From Bacillota bacterium (lineage in GTDB: Bacteria; Bacillota; Clostridia; Acetivibrionales; DTU013): a stretch of 64,000 nt of DNA. The stretch spans positions 24,423 through 88,422 of the forward strand of contig JAEZMD010000019.1 of the NCBI GenBank assembly GCA_023435745.1, in the 5' to 3' direction. Positions 47,488 to 55,633 of the stretch are shown in pieces. Below the pieces are notes generated by a model that made no database searches, was not told where the DNA came from, and was given only the letters and a program-made list of their open reading frames with translations. Position 1 is the first letter of the stretch. The number at the start of each line of letters is the position of its first letter. The translations under genes were made by a program, and so were the position numbers.

Positions 47488-47982
47488 GTGAAGCATGAAG
47501 CAGGGTTTCGCCCTTATCATACGCATGAACGTTATATGTCATTCGCATTGAAGGAAGCGGAAAAAGCCCGGAAGAAAGGCGAAGCACCTGTTGGAGCAGT
47601 CGTGGTGAAGGATGGTGCGATTATCGCCAGAGGTCACAACGAAAGGGAGTTAAAAAATGACGCCACACTTCATGCTGAAATGACGGCCATCCGTAAGGCT
47701 TGTAAAAAGCTTGGTTCATGGCGGCTCAATGGCTGTGACCTGTATGTGACCCTGGAGCCCTGTACTATGTGCGCAGGCGCAATAATCCAGGCCAGGCTGA
47801 GGAATTTATATATCGGCACCTCGGATTTGAAAGCCGGCGCCGCAGGTTCGGTTATCGACGTTTTCAGGGTGGATGCCTTCAACCACCGGGTCGAGGTTAA
47901 CTGGGGAATATTAGAGGAGCAATGCTCCGGGATATTAAAGGAGTTTTTCCGGGAGCTCAGGGTTCAAAAGGCAGGACAGTAG
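47488..47982 (+). CDS. tadA: tRNA adenosine(34) deaminase
   Basis: HAEM..(zinc His-Ala-Glu) and LEPCTMCAG motifs. GTG at 47488 has GGAGG 7 nt upstream. The alternative start is the ATG at 47536. Confidence 0.88.
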   Translation: MKHEAGFRPYHTHERYMSFALKEAEKARKKGEAPVGAVVVKDGAIIARGHNERELKNDATLHAEMTAIRKACKKLGSWRLNGCDLYVTLEPCTMCAGAIIQARLRNLYIGTSDLKAGAAGSVIDVFRVDAFNHRVEVNWGILEEQCSGILKEFFRELRVQKAGQ

Positions 47983-48067
47983 TCATTTAAGCATTAGGTA
48001 TTAAGCATTTTTTATTTAGTATTAAGTGCAATGAGCAAATTCTGGTACGACGCAACAAACCATATAC

Positions 48068-48156
48068 GGAGAGGTATCGAAGAGGTCATAACGGGGCTGA
48101 CTCGAAATCAGTTTGTCGGAAACGGCACGCGGGTTCGAATCCCGCCCTCTCCGCCA
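48068..48156 (+). tRNA. tRNA-Ser (anticodon CGA), class II with a long variable arm, CCA encoded
   Basis: GGAGAGGTATCGAAGAGGTCATAACGGGGCTGACTCGAAATCAGTTTGTCGGAAACGGCACGCGGGTTCGAATCCCGCCCTCTCCGCCA. Anticodon loop CTCGAAA. Confidence 0.9.
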
Positions 48157-48180
48157 CTTTGGGGCCTTGCCCCCTAAACT

Positions 48181-48207
48181 AAGGGCCTGTCTATTTGACA
48201 GGCCCTT
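48181..48207 (+). terminator. Hairpin after tRNA-Ser
   Basis: Perfect 11-bp stem AAGGGCCTGTC / GACAGGCCCTT with a 5-nt loop. Only a short T tract follows. Confidence 0.65.
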
Positions 48208-48235
48208 TTACTAACCATAAAGGAGGGAGACATTC

Positions 48236-48532
48236 ATGGAGAGAATTTATACTGTTGATGAAATCAAAAACATCGCCGGTGAAATTGCAAAGCGCCATGG
48301 CGTGGAGCGGATGTTCCTTTTTGGCTCTTATGCCAGAGGGAATGCCAAGCCGGGCAGCGATTTGGATTTTCGCATTGACAAAGGCCGCATCCGTGGATTG
48401 TTTGCCCTCGGCGGGCTGTATGCTGATCTCGAAGAAGCCTTCGGCGTACCTGTAGATCTGCTCACCACCGACAGTCTGGACGAAGCTTTCAGGAAAGAAA
48501 TTGCATCCGAGGAGGTGCAGATTTATGGATAA
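48236..48532 (+). CDS. mntA: Nucleotidyltransferase (MNT) antitoxin of a type VII HepT/MntA pair
   Basis: GSYARGNAKPGSDLD matches the GS-X10-DXD NTase motif. AAGGAGGG SD. Confidence 0.85.
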   Translation: MERIYTVDEIKNIAGEIAKRHGVERMFLFGSYARGNAKPGSDLDFRIDKGRIRGLFALGGLYADLEEAFGVPVDLLTTDSLDEAFRKEIASEEVQIYG

Positions 48533-48872
48533 AGCTAAGAAGGATTTGAGCATCATAGAGCATATCCTTGCATACTGCACTGAAATCGAGCAGACAGTTA
48601 CGCGTTTTGGTGATACCTTTGAAAGCTTTGAAACGGATAAGATTTACCGTAATGCTGCTACCATGTGTATTCTGCAAATTGGCGAGCTGGCCGGCCGCCT
48701 GTCACCCGAGTTTACAGCGACTCATCCTGATGTCCCGTGGAGAAGTATAAAGGGAATGCGCAATATTGCTGCACACGCTTATGGCAGCATCAGCATCCCT
48801 GATGTATGGGACACTATAACGACTGACATTCCGGTGCTGAAGGCTTATTGTAAAAAGACATTGGGTGCTTGA
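48525..48872 (+). CDS. hepT: HEPN (DUF86) toxin of a type VII HepT/MntA pair
   Basis: RNIAAH matches the Rx4-6H HEPN motif. Its ATG overlaps the mntA stop by 8 nt (ATGGATAA). Confidence 0.85.
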   Translation: MDKAKKDLSIIEHILAYCTEIEQTVTRFGDTFESFETDKIYRNAATMCILQIGELAGRLSPEFTATHPDVPWRSIKGMRNIAAHAYGSISIPDVWDTITTDIPVLKAYCKKTLGA

Positions 48873-49245
48873 ACATATATTAGGATTAGTACAGCGTCAT
48901 GGAACCAAACGCCATGCCGCTTTTTTGTTCTCTGTCAGTAAAGGCTTCAATAATTTCCTGATACTTCTGAGATGGCCGGACAATGCGCTGACCTTCGGGA
49001 CTTGCCAGATACTCCACCAGCGAATTGTGTGTGCTGGAGGTGTTGAAATGACAATATCACAAGGGAAAATATCAGAAACCGTTGTTACAGAACTGATAAG
49101 AAAAAGCCTCACTATAACATGTAATATTTATAAAAATAGTTACCCGACTGAAGAGAGGCATATGATTTTATGAAAATAAGATATCTGCCCATTACCTGCC
49201 TTTATTCTTCATCAACCAGAGGAACTTTTATGCCGCTTATATACC

Positions 49246-50091
49246 TTAGCGACAAATGGCTGAATCGGAGAATGTTGCAGAAAGTGAACTTCCGAAAAGT
49301 GATATAACATCACGCAGCTGATAAATTAGCGAGCTGTTCTCATTCTGCACGACCTGTGCGGTGCGCTGTGCCTGTCTTGTCTTTGTTTCCAGAGCAGCCT
49401 CGTTATACTGCAGGATTTCAAGCTGCTGGGCATAAGGCTTCAGCTGGTTCTCAAAGGCATTGATGCGGGGATACCATTTGCAGAACATATCCAGAAGGCT
49501 CTCTTTCTTTTTCTGCGCGTTAAAGGTACCGATGCCTTCTATCTCCCGCTTCATCTGCTCCATCTGCTCAGTCAGGCGGTTAGCCTGCTTATAAAGCCAG
49601 GTCGGGATGTGCTTGCGTTTGGTAATTGCAGCGGATTCTCCGTGCTCCAATTCGGAAAACTCCTTAGACATGTGTTCATGAAACTTATCCTGCCACTCGA
49701 TGAGCTTGTTGCGGTCACCCATAACTTCCTTGGCAGTAAGGCGTTTATCTTTTGTAAGCGGCACAAAGCAAAAATGCATGTGCGGATTCCGCTCATCCAT
49801 ATGGACCATCGCCGAGAAAATATTGTCCGCGTCGACTTCCTCCTGTAAAAACTCCAGCGCATGTTTAAAATGTTTTTCTGTTTCCTCCGCTGAACGGCGA
49901 TCAAAAAACTCCGGACTTGCGGTAACAATGGTGTCAATGAACTTAATGCTATCCTTTCGTACCTTGCACTTCGGATTTTCTTTCTGTACTTTTTCGATGC
50001 GGTTCTGGATCTCGCCGTAATACTTCACTCTCGACGGGTTAATCTCATCTATCCCGTCATGGTCACCTCCTTCAGAGCATGAAAAAACCAC
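49246..50091 (-). pseudogene. MobV (Mob/Pre) family relaxase remnant, N-terminally truncated
   Basis: Motif III HMDERNPHMHF is present. The N-terminal 25-40 aa carrying motif I are absent. There is no in-frame ATG, and the nominal GTG lies inside an upstream terminator hairpin. The SD-linked ATG at 50059-50061 is out of frame (MTG*). Confidence 0.65.
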
Positions 50092-50106
50092 CCCGAAGGG
50101 CGGCTC
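50083..50106 (-). terminator. Intrinsic terminator (minus strand) downstream of the AlbA_2 gene
   Basis: Minus strand CCGCCC-TTCG-GGGTGG followed by TTTTTT. Confidence 0.6.
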
Positions 50107-50154
50107 AAATTAAAATAAGCGGTATGAAAAGTAATGCGATCTTTCAACTTATCT

Positions 50155-50233
50155 GACTAAATTAAAATAAAATGCCAATCGTTATGCAATCGTCTCAATC
50201 GAAATTTCATAACGATTCGATAACGATTGCTGG
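50155..50233. repeat. Copy 1 of a direct repeat rich in AATCG/CGATT pentamers
   Basis: GACTAAATTAAAATAAAATGCCAATCGTTATGCAATCGTCTCAATCGAAATTTCATAACGATTCGATAACGATTGCTGG. Contains 3 AATCG then 2 CGATT. Shares its ends and core with 51691-51782. Confidence 0.7.
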
Positions 50234-50253
50234 ATACCCCCCTTAGCGTCAAC

Positions 50254-51546
50254 TCACTTTCTCAAAACATATACCGTGTTTTTGCCCTGCCCGACAGTCT
50301 CAAGAATCATCTTATTAACCATGGCTTTGAGAATTCTGCCCGACATGCTTTGTGAAATATTAAGTTCTGATTCGACATCCTTCCTCTTAAGTTTGCCAAG
50401 CCGTTCCGCAAGCTGAATGATTCTTTTTTCATCCGATGTCGTTCCGGCATCCTGTTTTTGCTCATTCTGATTTGGAAGGGTAATCTTGAAAGCGTTATCA
50501 GTTACCTCAATTTCCGGCTGTGCAGTAAAGCCTTTATAACTATTCAAAATCTTCGGTACACCTGTGCCATAGGCTTCTATAAGGGTCAGGCGGTAAAAGA
50601 TATTGGCGAGCCGTTCATTGCGGGTCGCCGATACGCCAAGCATGATATCTGAAAGATTAATTCCCTTAACCAATCCTCCTACCGATATAAATTCAATCCG
50701 GTCATCAAAGATGCTAATGAGGGTACTTGCGCTATAGGCATAGTCCCTGTGTACTAAAACATTAAGCAGTGCTTCTCTCAAGGCCTCTTCGGGATAGTCT
50801 TTTTTATCGTTGCGATACAGTCCATTGAATTCAGCCCGAACCCTGTTATACTGTGAGATATATGCAAAGGCGTCGTTAAGCTGCTTTAATAGCGAACCTG
50901 TGAATTCCCGGCGGTCTTTGAAAACCATTTTATCTTTGCCTTCAAATACAGCAGCTTTTATTGTATGGGCACACTGATCAGAAAACAGCAGACCAAGATT
51001 AGTATAAATCCCATCCTCATTGACAAGATGTAATGTTTTCAAATGGTTCGCGCCAAAGGGTACACTTCGGACTTGGAATTCCTGAGCTGCCGCATCAAAG
51101 GTCAAATCCTGATTCAGAGAACGCATTTCCTCAAAGCTGTCTCCATCTGTCTCCATAATCATACGGCGGATGGAGCTTTCTGTTGCGGGAACGGAAGAAG
51201 CACCCTGGCGGACAAAAACTCCTTCGGGACGCAAGCCTTTAGCTTGCAAATAATACGGACATTCCGTACCTTTCTGCACAGTAACTTTTATAATGTCCTT
51301 GCCCTTTTCTTTTTCCTGTGTAAAAGAAACAAACATGGTAACATCCGGCTTGATTGCATCTCGAATCATGTTGGACAGCCTCAGCATCTCATCTCCAATG
51401 TCTTTTACACCGACAACTGTGCCGTCATCATCAATTCCAATATAAATAGTACCGCCTTCAGAATTTGCAAAAGCGATTACTGTTTTGCGAATATCATCAA
51501 TCACCTGACGTTTTAACTCAAGGGTTGAACTCTCTTTAAACTGCAT
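50254..51546 (-). CDS. AlbA_2 (Schlafen-like) DNA-binding domain / HATPase_c_4-like / C-terminal wHTH protein, the type often annotated as RecG-like transcriptional regulator
   Basis: MQFKESSTLELKRQV..IAFANSEGGTIYIGIDDDG matches the AlbA_2 N-terminus. Middle region REALLNVLVHRDY. GAGAGGTG SD before the ATG at 51546. Confidence 0.75.
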   Translation of the reverse strand: MQFKESSTLELKRQVIDDIRKTVIAFANSEGGTIYIGIDDDGTVVGVKDIGDEMLRLSNMIRDAIKPDVTMFVSFTQEKEKGKDIIKVTVQKGTECPYYLQAKGLRPEGVFVRQGASSVPATESSIRRMIMETDGDSFEEMRSLNQDLTFDAAAQEFQVRSVPFGANHLKTLHLVNEDGIYTNLGLLFSDQCAHTIKAAVFEGKDKMVFKDRREFTGSLLKQLNDAFAYISQYNRVRAEFNGLYRNDKKDYPEEALREALLNVLVHRDYAYSASTLISIFDDRIEFISVGGLVKGINLSDIMLGVSATRNERLANIFYRLTLIEAYGTGVPKILNSYKGFTAQPEIEVTDNAFKITLPNQNEQKQDAGTTSDEKRIIQLAERLGKLKRKDVESELNISQSMSGRILKAMVNKMILETVGQGKNTVYVLRK

Positions 51547-51690
51547 AATTAGCACCTCTCGGGTTGCTTGGGCGAGCAGCATTCGAAGAATGCGACCAGC
51601 CCGGCTTATTCTAACACACATTCTAACACATTCTAACCATTCTTGTCAAAGAAAAGTGTTAGAATAATTGCGACAACCTTCGACTATATA

Positions 51691-51782
51691 GACTAAATAA
51701 ATGAAACCATCATTCTCGCTTCGAATCGTCACGGAATCGTAATTTCATAACGATTCCGTGACGATTCCATAACGATTGCTGG
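51691..51782. repeat. Copy 2 of the AATCG/CGATT-rich direct repeat, containing a perfect 18-bp inverted repeat
   Basis: GAATCGTCACGGAATCGT (51723-51740), a 9-nt spacer, then ACGATTCCGTGACGATTC (51750-51767). Ends ..CATAACGATTGCTGG like copy 1. Confidence 0.8.
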
Positions 51783-51934
51783 CTAATCCCTTGAAATATC
51801 AGGGGTTACAGGTTCGCTTCAATCGTTAGTATCCAACAAAAGCATTGACGATTCGTTTCGATTACTATTTTAGACGAATCGCTGACGATATTTATGAGAG
51901 TAAGTCCCATTTTTATAGCCGAATGTCTATAAAA

Positions 51935-51985
51935 CAGGCCTTATAGAGCATAATTCTGTTCTAAAGCTGCAAAAACGAGTAGTCC
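51935..51985. repeat. Remote copy of the repeat family seen at 33.8 kb
   Basis: AGGCCTTATAGAGCATAATTCTGTTCTAAAGCTGCAAAAACGAGTAGTCC compared with 33826-33834 plus 33866-33908. That is about 37/43 identity over the core. Confidence 0.6.
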
Positions 51986-52030
51986 CCTAGCATGTCACAG
52001 GAATAACTTTCGTGCTTTTACGGACTTTTT

Positions 52031-52052
52031 ATAAAAAAAGGGATCTCCCTTT
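52031..52052 (-). terminator. Intrinsic terminator after the YheO-like regulator gene
   Basis: Minus strand AAAGGG-AGAT-CCCTTT followed by TTTTT. Confidence 0.5.
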
Positions 52053-52159
52053 CTTATCCCTGCATTGCCTCAATTAACTTTTTTGCTCCCACCATATGAC
52101 AACAGGCTCTTCACTAACCAATCTGCCGTATTAGCCGCCGTTCCGTCCATAGAATCGTA

Positions 52160-52816
52160 TCACTCAGTCTCGCCTTTATTCTGGCATAGACCAAGATAGC
52201 TGTATAAAGTGAAGCGAGAAAAATTGTAACTTTCAGCAATGCGGTCAGGAGATTTTTTAATTAAGAACGCGCCTTTGTCGTAAAGAAATTTTATTCCTTT
52301 TATCTTATCTTCTCTTGTCATCATAGCCACCGGCGTTCCAACATGCTGAATAGACCTGTGAATTAAATCTTCCAGCAATTCGTTAACGTCTGTGTTAATG
52401 ATTTCTTCATAATCGACGTTTGATTCGGCATTACAGCTCACAATATTGTCTATAGCTTTTTTTGTCATAATAAAACTGGAAATGTCATAATTGATACAGA
52501 TTGAGCCAATAAGTTTTTCATCGTCGTCTTTTAAGTATATGGATGTAGACCGCAGAGTTTTCCCATCCTTCGTTTGAGTGAGATAGTTATATCTATCATT
52601 TATAACACCATTTCCCTGTAATAATTCCAAACCTTCGCTTGTACTGCATCCGCCGACTTCACGCCCCGTTACCGAACCATTTTCAATAGCTACAATAGTA
52701 CTGTCAAATGGCTTTGATAAATCATGAAGAACAACTTCACAATTATCACCAAACTGTTGGGCGATGCCCTTGATAATTTTACACAGTAGTTCTTTTTCGC
52801 TTTCGATGCTCTTCAT
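52160..52816 (-). CDS. YheO-like PAS domain + HTH transcriptional regulator
   Basis: IAQQFGDNCEVVLHDLS.. is YheO-type. The C-terminal segment IAESYNFSRFTLYSYL looks like an HTH. Confidence 0.8.
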   Translation of the reverse strand: MKSIESEKELLCKIIKGIAQQFGDNCEVVLHDLSKPFDSTIVAIENGSVTGREVGGCSTSEGLELLQGNGVINDRYNYLTQTKDGKTLRSTSIYLKDDDEKLIGSICINYDISSFIMTKKAIDNIVSCNAESNVDYEEIINTDVNELLEDLIHRSIQHVGTPVAMMTREDKIKGIKFLYDKGAFLIKKSPDRIAESYNFSRFTLYSYLGLCQNKGETE

Positions 52817-52896
52817 GGTTTTTTCCCCTTAAAATAACAATTAATCCTATTATCTTGTAGTATACCTTAAAAAAAATTAAACCGCAAATCCTGGTC

Positions 52897-54156
52897 TTAT
52901 TCCTCCAAAAAATGTCTGCTTGTCGCCAAAATTCCCTCAGGAGACGCTGTCATATGGTAGGTGGGCACTCCGGCCGCTCGAGCTACCGCTGAGGTTTGCT
53001 TAAGTCCGGTTGCTGTGATAATGCATACAACGGTGTCGCTGCTGTTGATTTTCCCACCCTCAACAAGCTTTTTGAATGCGGCTACAGACGAGGCAGCGGC
53101 CGGTTCGGCGCTGATTCCCTCGCCGGCTAGCTCCAACATAGCGTCAAGTATTTCCTCGTCGCTGACGCCTACTGCAGTACCACCAGAATCAAGAATGGCG
53201 GAAATCAGTCTTCGCCCGTCCTGAATGGGAGCGTTTCCGCAAATACTCTGAGCGATTGTTTTTTCGCTATCGCCATACGTTTCACCGTATTTGGCGTTTT
53301 TCAAAATTGCCTGCTTAATCCATGCCACACACTCAGGCTGTACGCCGACCATACGGGGAAGCCGATCTGCAACGCCCATGGAACACAGCTCGTTATACCC
53401 TTTCAATGCGCCCCAAAGTCCGCCGCCGGTACCGACCGGATGAATCATAACGTTCGGAACACGGCTTAGTTCTCCATAAATCTCGTAGGCGTAGGTTTTC
53501 ATTGCTTCGTGACGAATTGGATTAATAAAGTTAACAAATTGATACAAACCCAGCTCCTTGGCAGCATATTCCAGCATACCGGTAATCTGTTCAAAGCTTT
53601 CAAACTCCATAATGGCCACTTTGTCACTATGAAAACGAATCATGGATTTTTTCACTTCGTTTGCCAGATACTCCACAAGTATCATAGAGTTTAAGCCTCC
53701 GCGGCTCGAATAGGCCGCAAAGGATGTTCCGGCATTGCCTGAGCTGTATGTGAAACCTTTTTTGACGCCAAGCTCCTTAGCGTAACTCACCGCGAGAGAA
53801 AAACCCCTGTCCTTGAAGCTTCCGGTAGGCATCAGCGTATCATTCTTTAAATATAGATTTTCAATCCCCAGTTTTGGTCCTATGTAAACGGACTTGGTGA
53901 GGGGCGTTCCGCCTTCTCCGAGAGAAACAATGTTATTGTCCTCTACTCTGGGGAAAAAATCTCGATAACGCCAGATGGAGTCCTTTCGATACTCTTTGAA
54001 GACATGGGCTGACCGTTTCAGGCCGTTTATATCGTAGTGAACCTCCAACAGGCCACCACAATACGGGCACAAGTTTACCTTTTCAAAGATGTCAATCTCT
54101 TTCCCGCAGTTGTCACAACGCAAAAATTCGGCATTCCCCTTTTTTTTCATATCCAT
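52897..54156 (-). CDS. Threonine-synthase-like PLP-dependent enzyme with an N-terminal zinc ribbon
   Basis: CDNCG...CPYCGG ribbon. PLP lysine motif PTGSFKDRG. GNAG and GTGGG loops of fold-type II PLP enzymes. Confidence 0.8.
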   Translation of the reverse strand: MDMKKKGNAEFLRCDNCGKEIDIFEKVNLCPYCGGLLEVHYDINGLKRSAHVFKEYRKDSIWRYRDFFPRVEDNNIVSLGEGGTPLTKSVYIGPKLGIENLYLKNDTLMPTGSFKDRGFSLAVSYAKELGVKKGFTYSSGNAGTSFAAYSSRGGLNSMILVEYLANEVKKSMIRFHSDKVAIMEFESFEQITGMLEYAAKELGLYQFVNFINPIRHEAMKTYAYEIYGELSRVPNVMIHPVGTGGGLWGALKGYNELCSMGVADRLPRMVGVQPECVAWIKQAILKNAKYGETYGDSEKTIAQSICGNAPIQDGRRLISAILDSGGTAVGVSDEEILDAMLELAGEGISAEPAAASSVAAFKKLVEGGKINSSDTVVCIITATGLKQTSAVARAAGVPTYHMTASPEGILATSRHFLEE

Positions 54157-54189
54157 TTTACATACTCCCCGGAGCCTATTCTTATGCTC

Positions 54190-54648
54190 CTATTCGTAGA
54201 TTTCAAAAATTGACTCTACCTCGCAAACGATATTCATGGGTAGATTATTGCTGCCGATAGCGGAGCGAGCGTGCTTACCAGCCTCGCCAAAAATTTCAAT
54301 GAAGGTTTGGGAAGCTCCGTTCAAAACCTTCGGCTCCTCGTTAAAGTCGGTAGTACAGTTTACAAAGCCCAGAATCTTGACCGCTTGCTTGATTCTATTC
54401 AAGTCTCCCAGATAATCCTGTAACGCGGATAGGGTGTTCAGCGCACAATATCTGGCGCCACGCTGTGCGTCCTCAAGACTCACTTCGGAGCCGGCCTTTC
54501 CCTTAATCCATTCCTGCCCGTTATAGCTCCCCTGACCCGAAACATACAGCAGGTTGCCGACCTGCTTTACCGGCTCAAATTCTCCCACCGGCGCAGATGC
54601 CGGATTTAACTCAATTCCCAACTCTTTCAGTCTGTCATATATGTTCAT
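54190..54648 (-). CDS. RidA/YjgF/UK114 family protein
   Basis: 152 aa with the YVSGQG.. segment and a C-terminal ARSAIG..LP...VEVE-like motif. Confidence 0.8.
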   Translation of the reverse strand: MNIYDRLKELGIELNPASAPVGEFEPVKQVGNLLYVSGQGSYNGQEWIKGKAGSEVSLEDAQRGARYCALNTLSALQDYLGDLNRIKQAVKILGFVNCTTDFNEEPKVLNGASQTFIEIFGEAGKHARSAIGSNNLPMNIVCEVESIFEIYE

Positions 54649-54683
54649 ATTTTCTCCTTATTTTAATTGTCTGACTTCGGTTT

Positions 54684-55631
54684 TCATTTATTCAAATGGC
54701 AGGCCACAAAGTGCCCGCCGGATACTTCTCTCAGATTTTGGGGCTCCTTACATGCCTCTTTTGCGTATGGGCAACGGGGGGCAAATCTGCATCCGGGGGC
54801 CGGATTGATTGGATTCGCAACCTCCCCCTTTATCAGTTCCCTTCGCCTGAAATTATTTAAATCTGTAGTAGGAATTGCCGAGAGTAGCGCCACAGTATAG
54901 GGGTGAAGAGGATGCTCGAACAGTTCTGTGCGGGAAGCATACTCTACCACTTCGCCCATGTACATAACCATAATGTTATCGCTTATATGACGCACAACAC
55001 ACAAATCATGCGTAATAAACATATAGGATAGCCCCTGTTCATCCTGCATGTCCATCAGCAAATTCAAAATCTGAGCTTGAATGGATACGTCAAGTGCAGA
55101 CACCGGCTCATCACATACCAGAAAGCTTGGACTTACGGCCAGAGCACGGGCTAAGCCCACGCGCTGTCGTCGGCCACCGTCAAGCTCGTGCGGATAGGTG
55201 TTTATATATCGCTGTGGGATACCGCACCGTTCCATTAGTTCCATGATTTTTTCCTTACGCTCTGCCTTGTCTTTCAGTATTCCGGTCACCTTCATCGGTT
55301 CGGCAATAATATCACTGATAGTCAAACGGGGATTCAACGAGGTAAAGGGATCCTGGAAAATCATTTGCATTTTCATGCGCAGGCTTTTCATTTGCTTTTT
55401 ATTGTAGTCAAAGATGTTCTCGCCATTATAGCGCACTTCCCCATCAGTTGCCTCGATGAGACGCATAATTGTTCTGCCGAGAGTAGATTTACCGCAGCCC
55501 GATTCGCCGACGACGCCGAGAGTATCGCCCTTATTTATTTTGAAGCTTACGTTATCTACTGCGTGGAGAACACCCCTTTGAACGTAAAAGTACTTTTTTA
55601 GGTTCACAGCTTCAATTAATGGTGTACTCAT
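54684..55631 (-). CDS. Oligopeptide/dipeptide ABC transporter ATP-binding protein (OppF-like)
   Basis: Walker A GESGCGKST, signature LDGGRRQR, Walker B FLVCDEP, and a C-terminal oligo_HPY Cys-containing extension. Confidence 0.9.
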   Translation of the reverse strand: MSTPLIEAVNLKKYFYVQRGVLHAVDNVSFKINKGDTLGVVGESGCGKSTLGRTIMRLIEATDGEVRYNGENIFDYNKKQMKSLRMKMQMIFQDPFTSLNPRLTISDIIAEPMKVTGILKDKAERKEKIMELMERCGIPQRYINTYPHELDGGRRQRVGLARALAVSPSFLVCDEPVSALDVSIQAQILNLLMDMQDEQGLSYMFITHDLCVVRHISDNIMVMYMGEVVEYASRTELFEHPLHPYTVALLSAIPTTDLNNFRRRELIKGEVANPINPAPGCRFAPRCPYAKEACKEPQNLREVSGGHFVACHLNK

Positions 55632-55633
55632 AG

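Noticed and set aside
47231-47587. 118-aa minus-strand ORF overlapping the tadA start.
   Set aside because: It overlaps the SD-supported tadA start and the small plus-strand ORF. It has no motif and a Cys/Arg-rich composition.
48865-49173. 102-aa plus-strand ORF and 71-aa minus-strand ORF (48897..49112) between hepT and mob.
   Set aside because: Neither has an SD or a recognisable motif. A different minus-strand frame looks more protein-like but has no start codon. The region is treated as remnant sequence.
50155-51782. Integron attC sites flanking the AlbA_2 cassette.
   Set aside because: The repeats do not contain RYYYAAC/GTTRRRY core sites in the required arrangement. No intI gene is present.
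48068-52160. attL/attR direct repeat derived from the tRNA-Ser 3' end, which would delimit the islet.
   Set aside because: I found no second copy of the GGGTTCGAATCCCGCCCTCTCCGCCA segment, or of a substantial part of it, between 48.2 and 52.2 kb. The right boundary therefore cannot be set this way.
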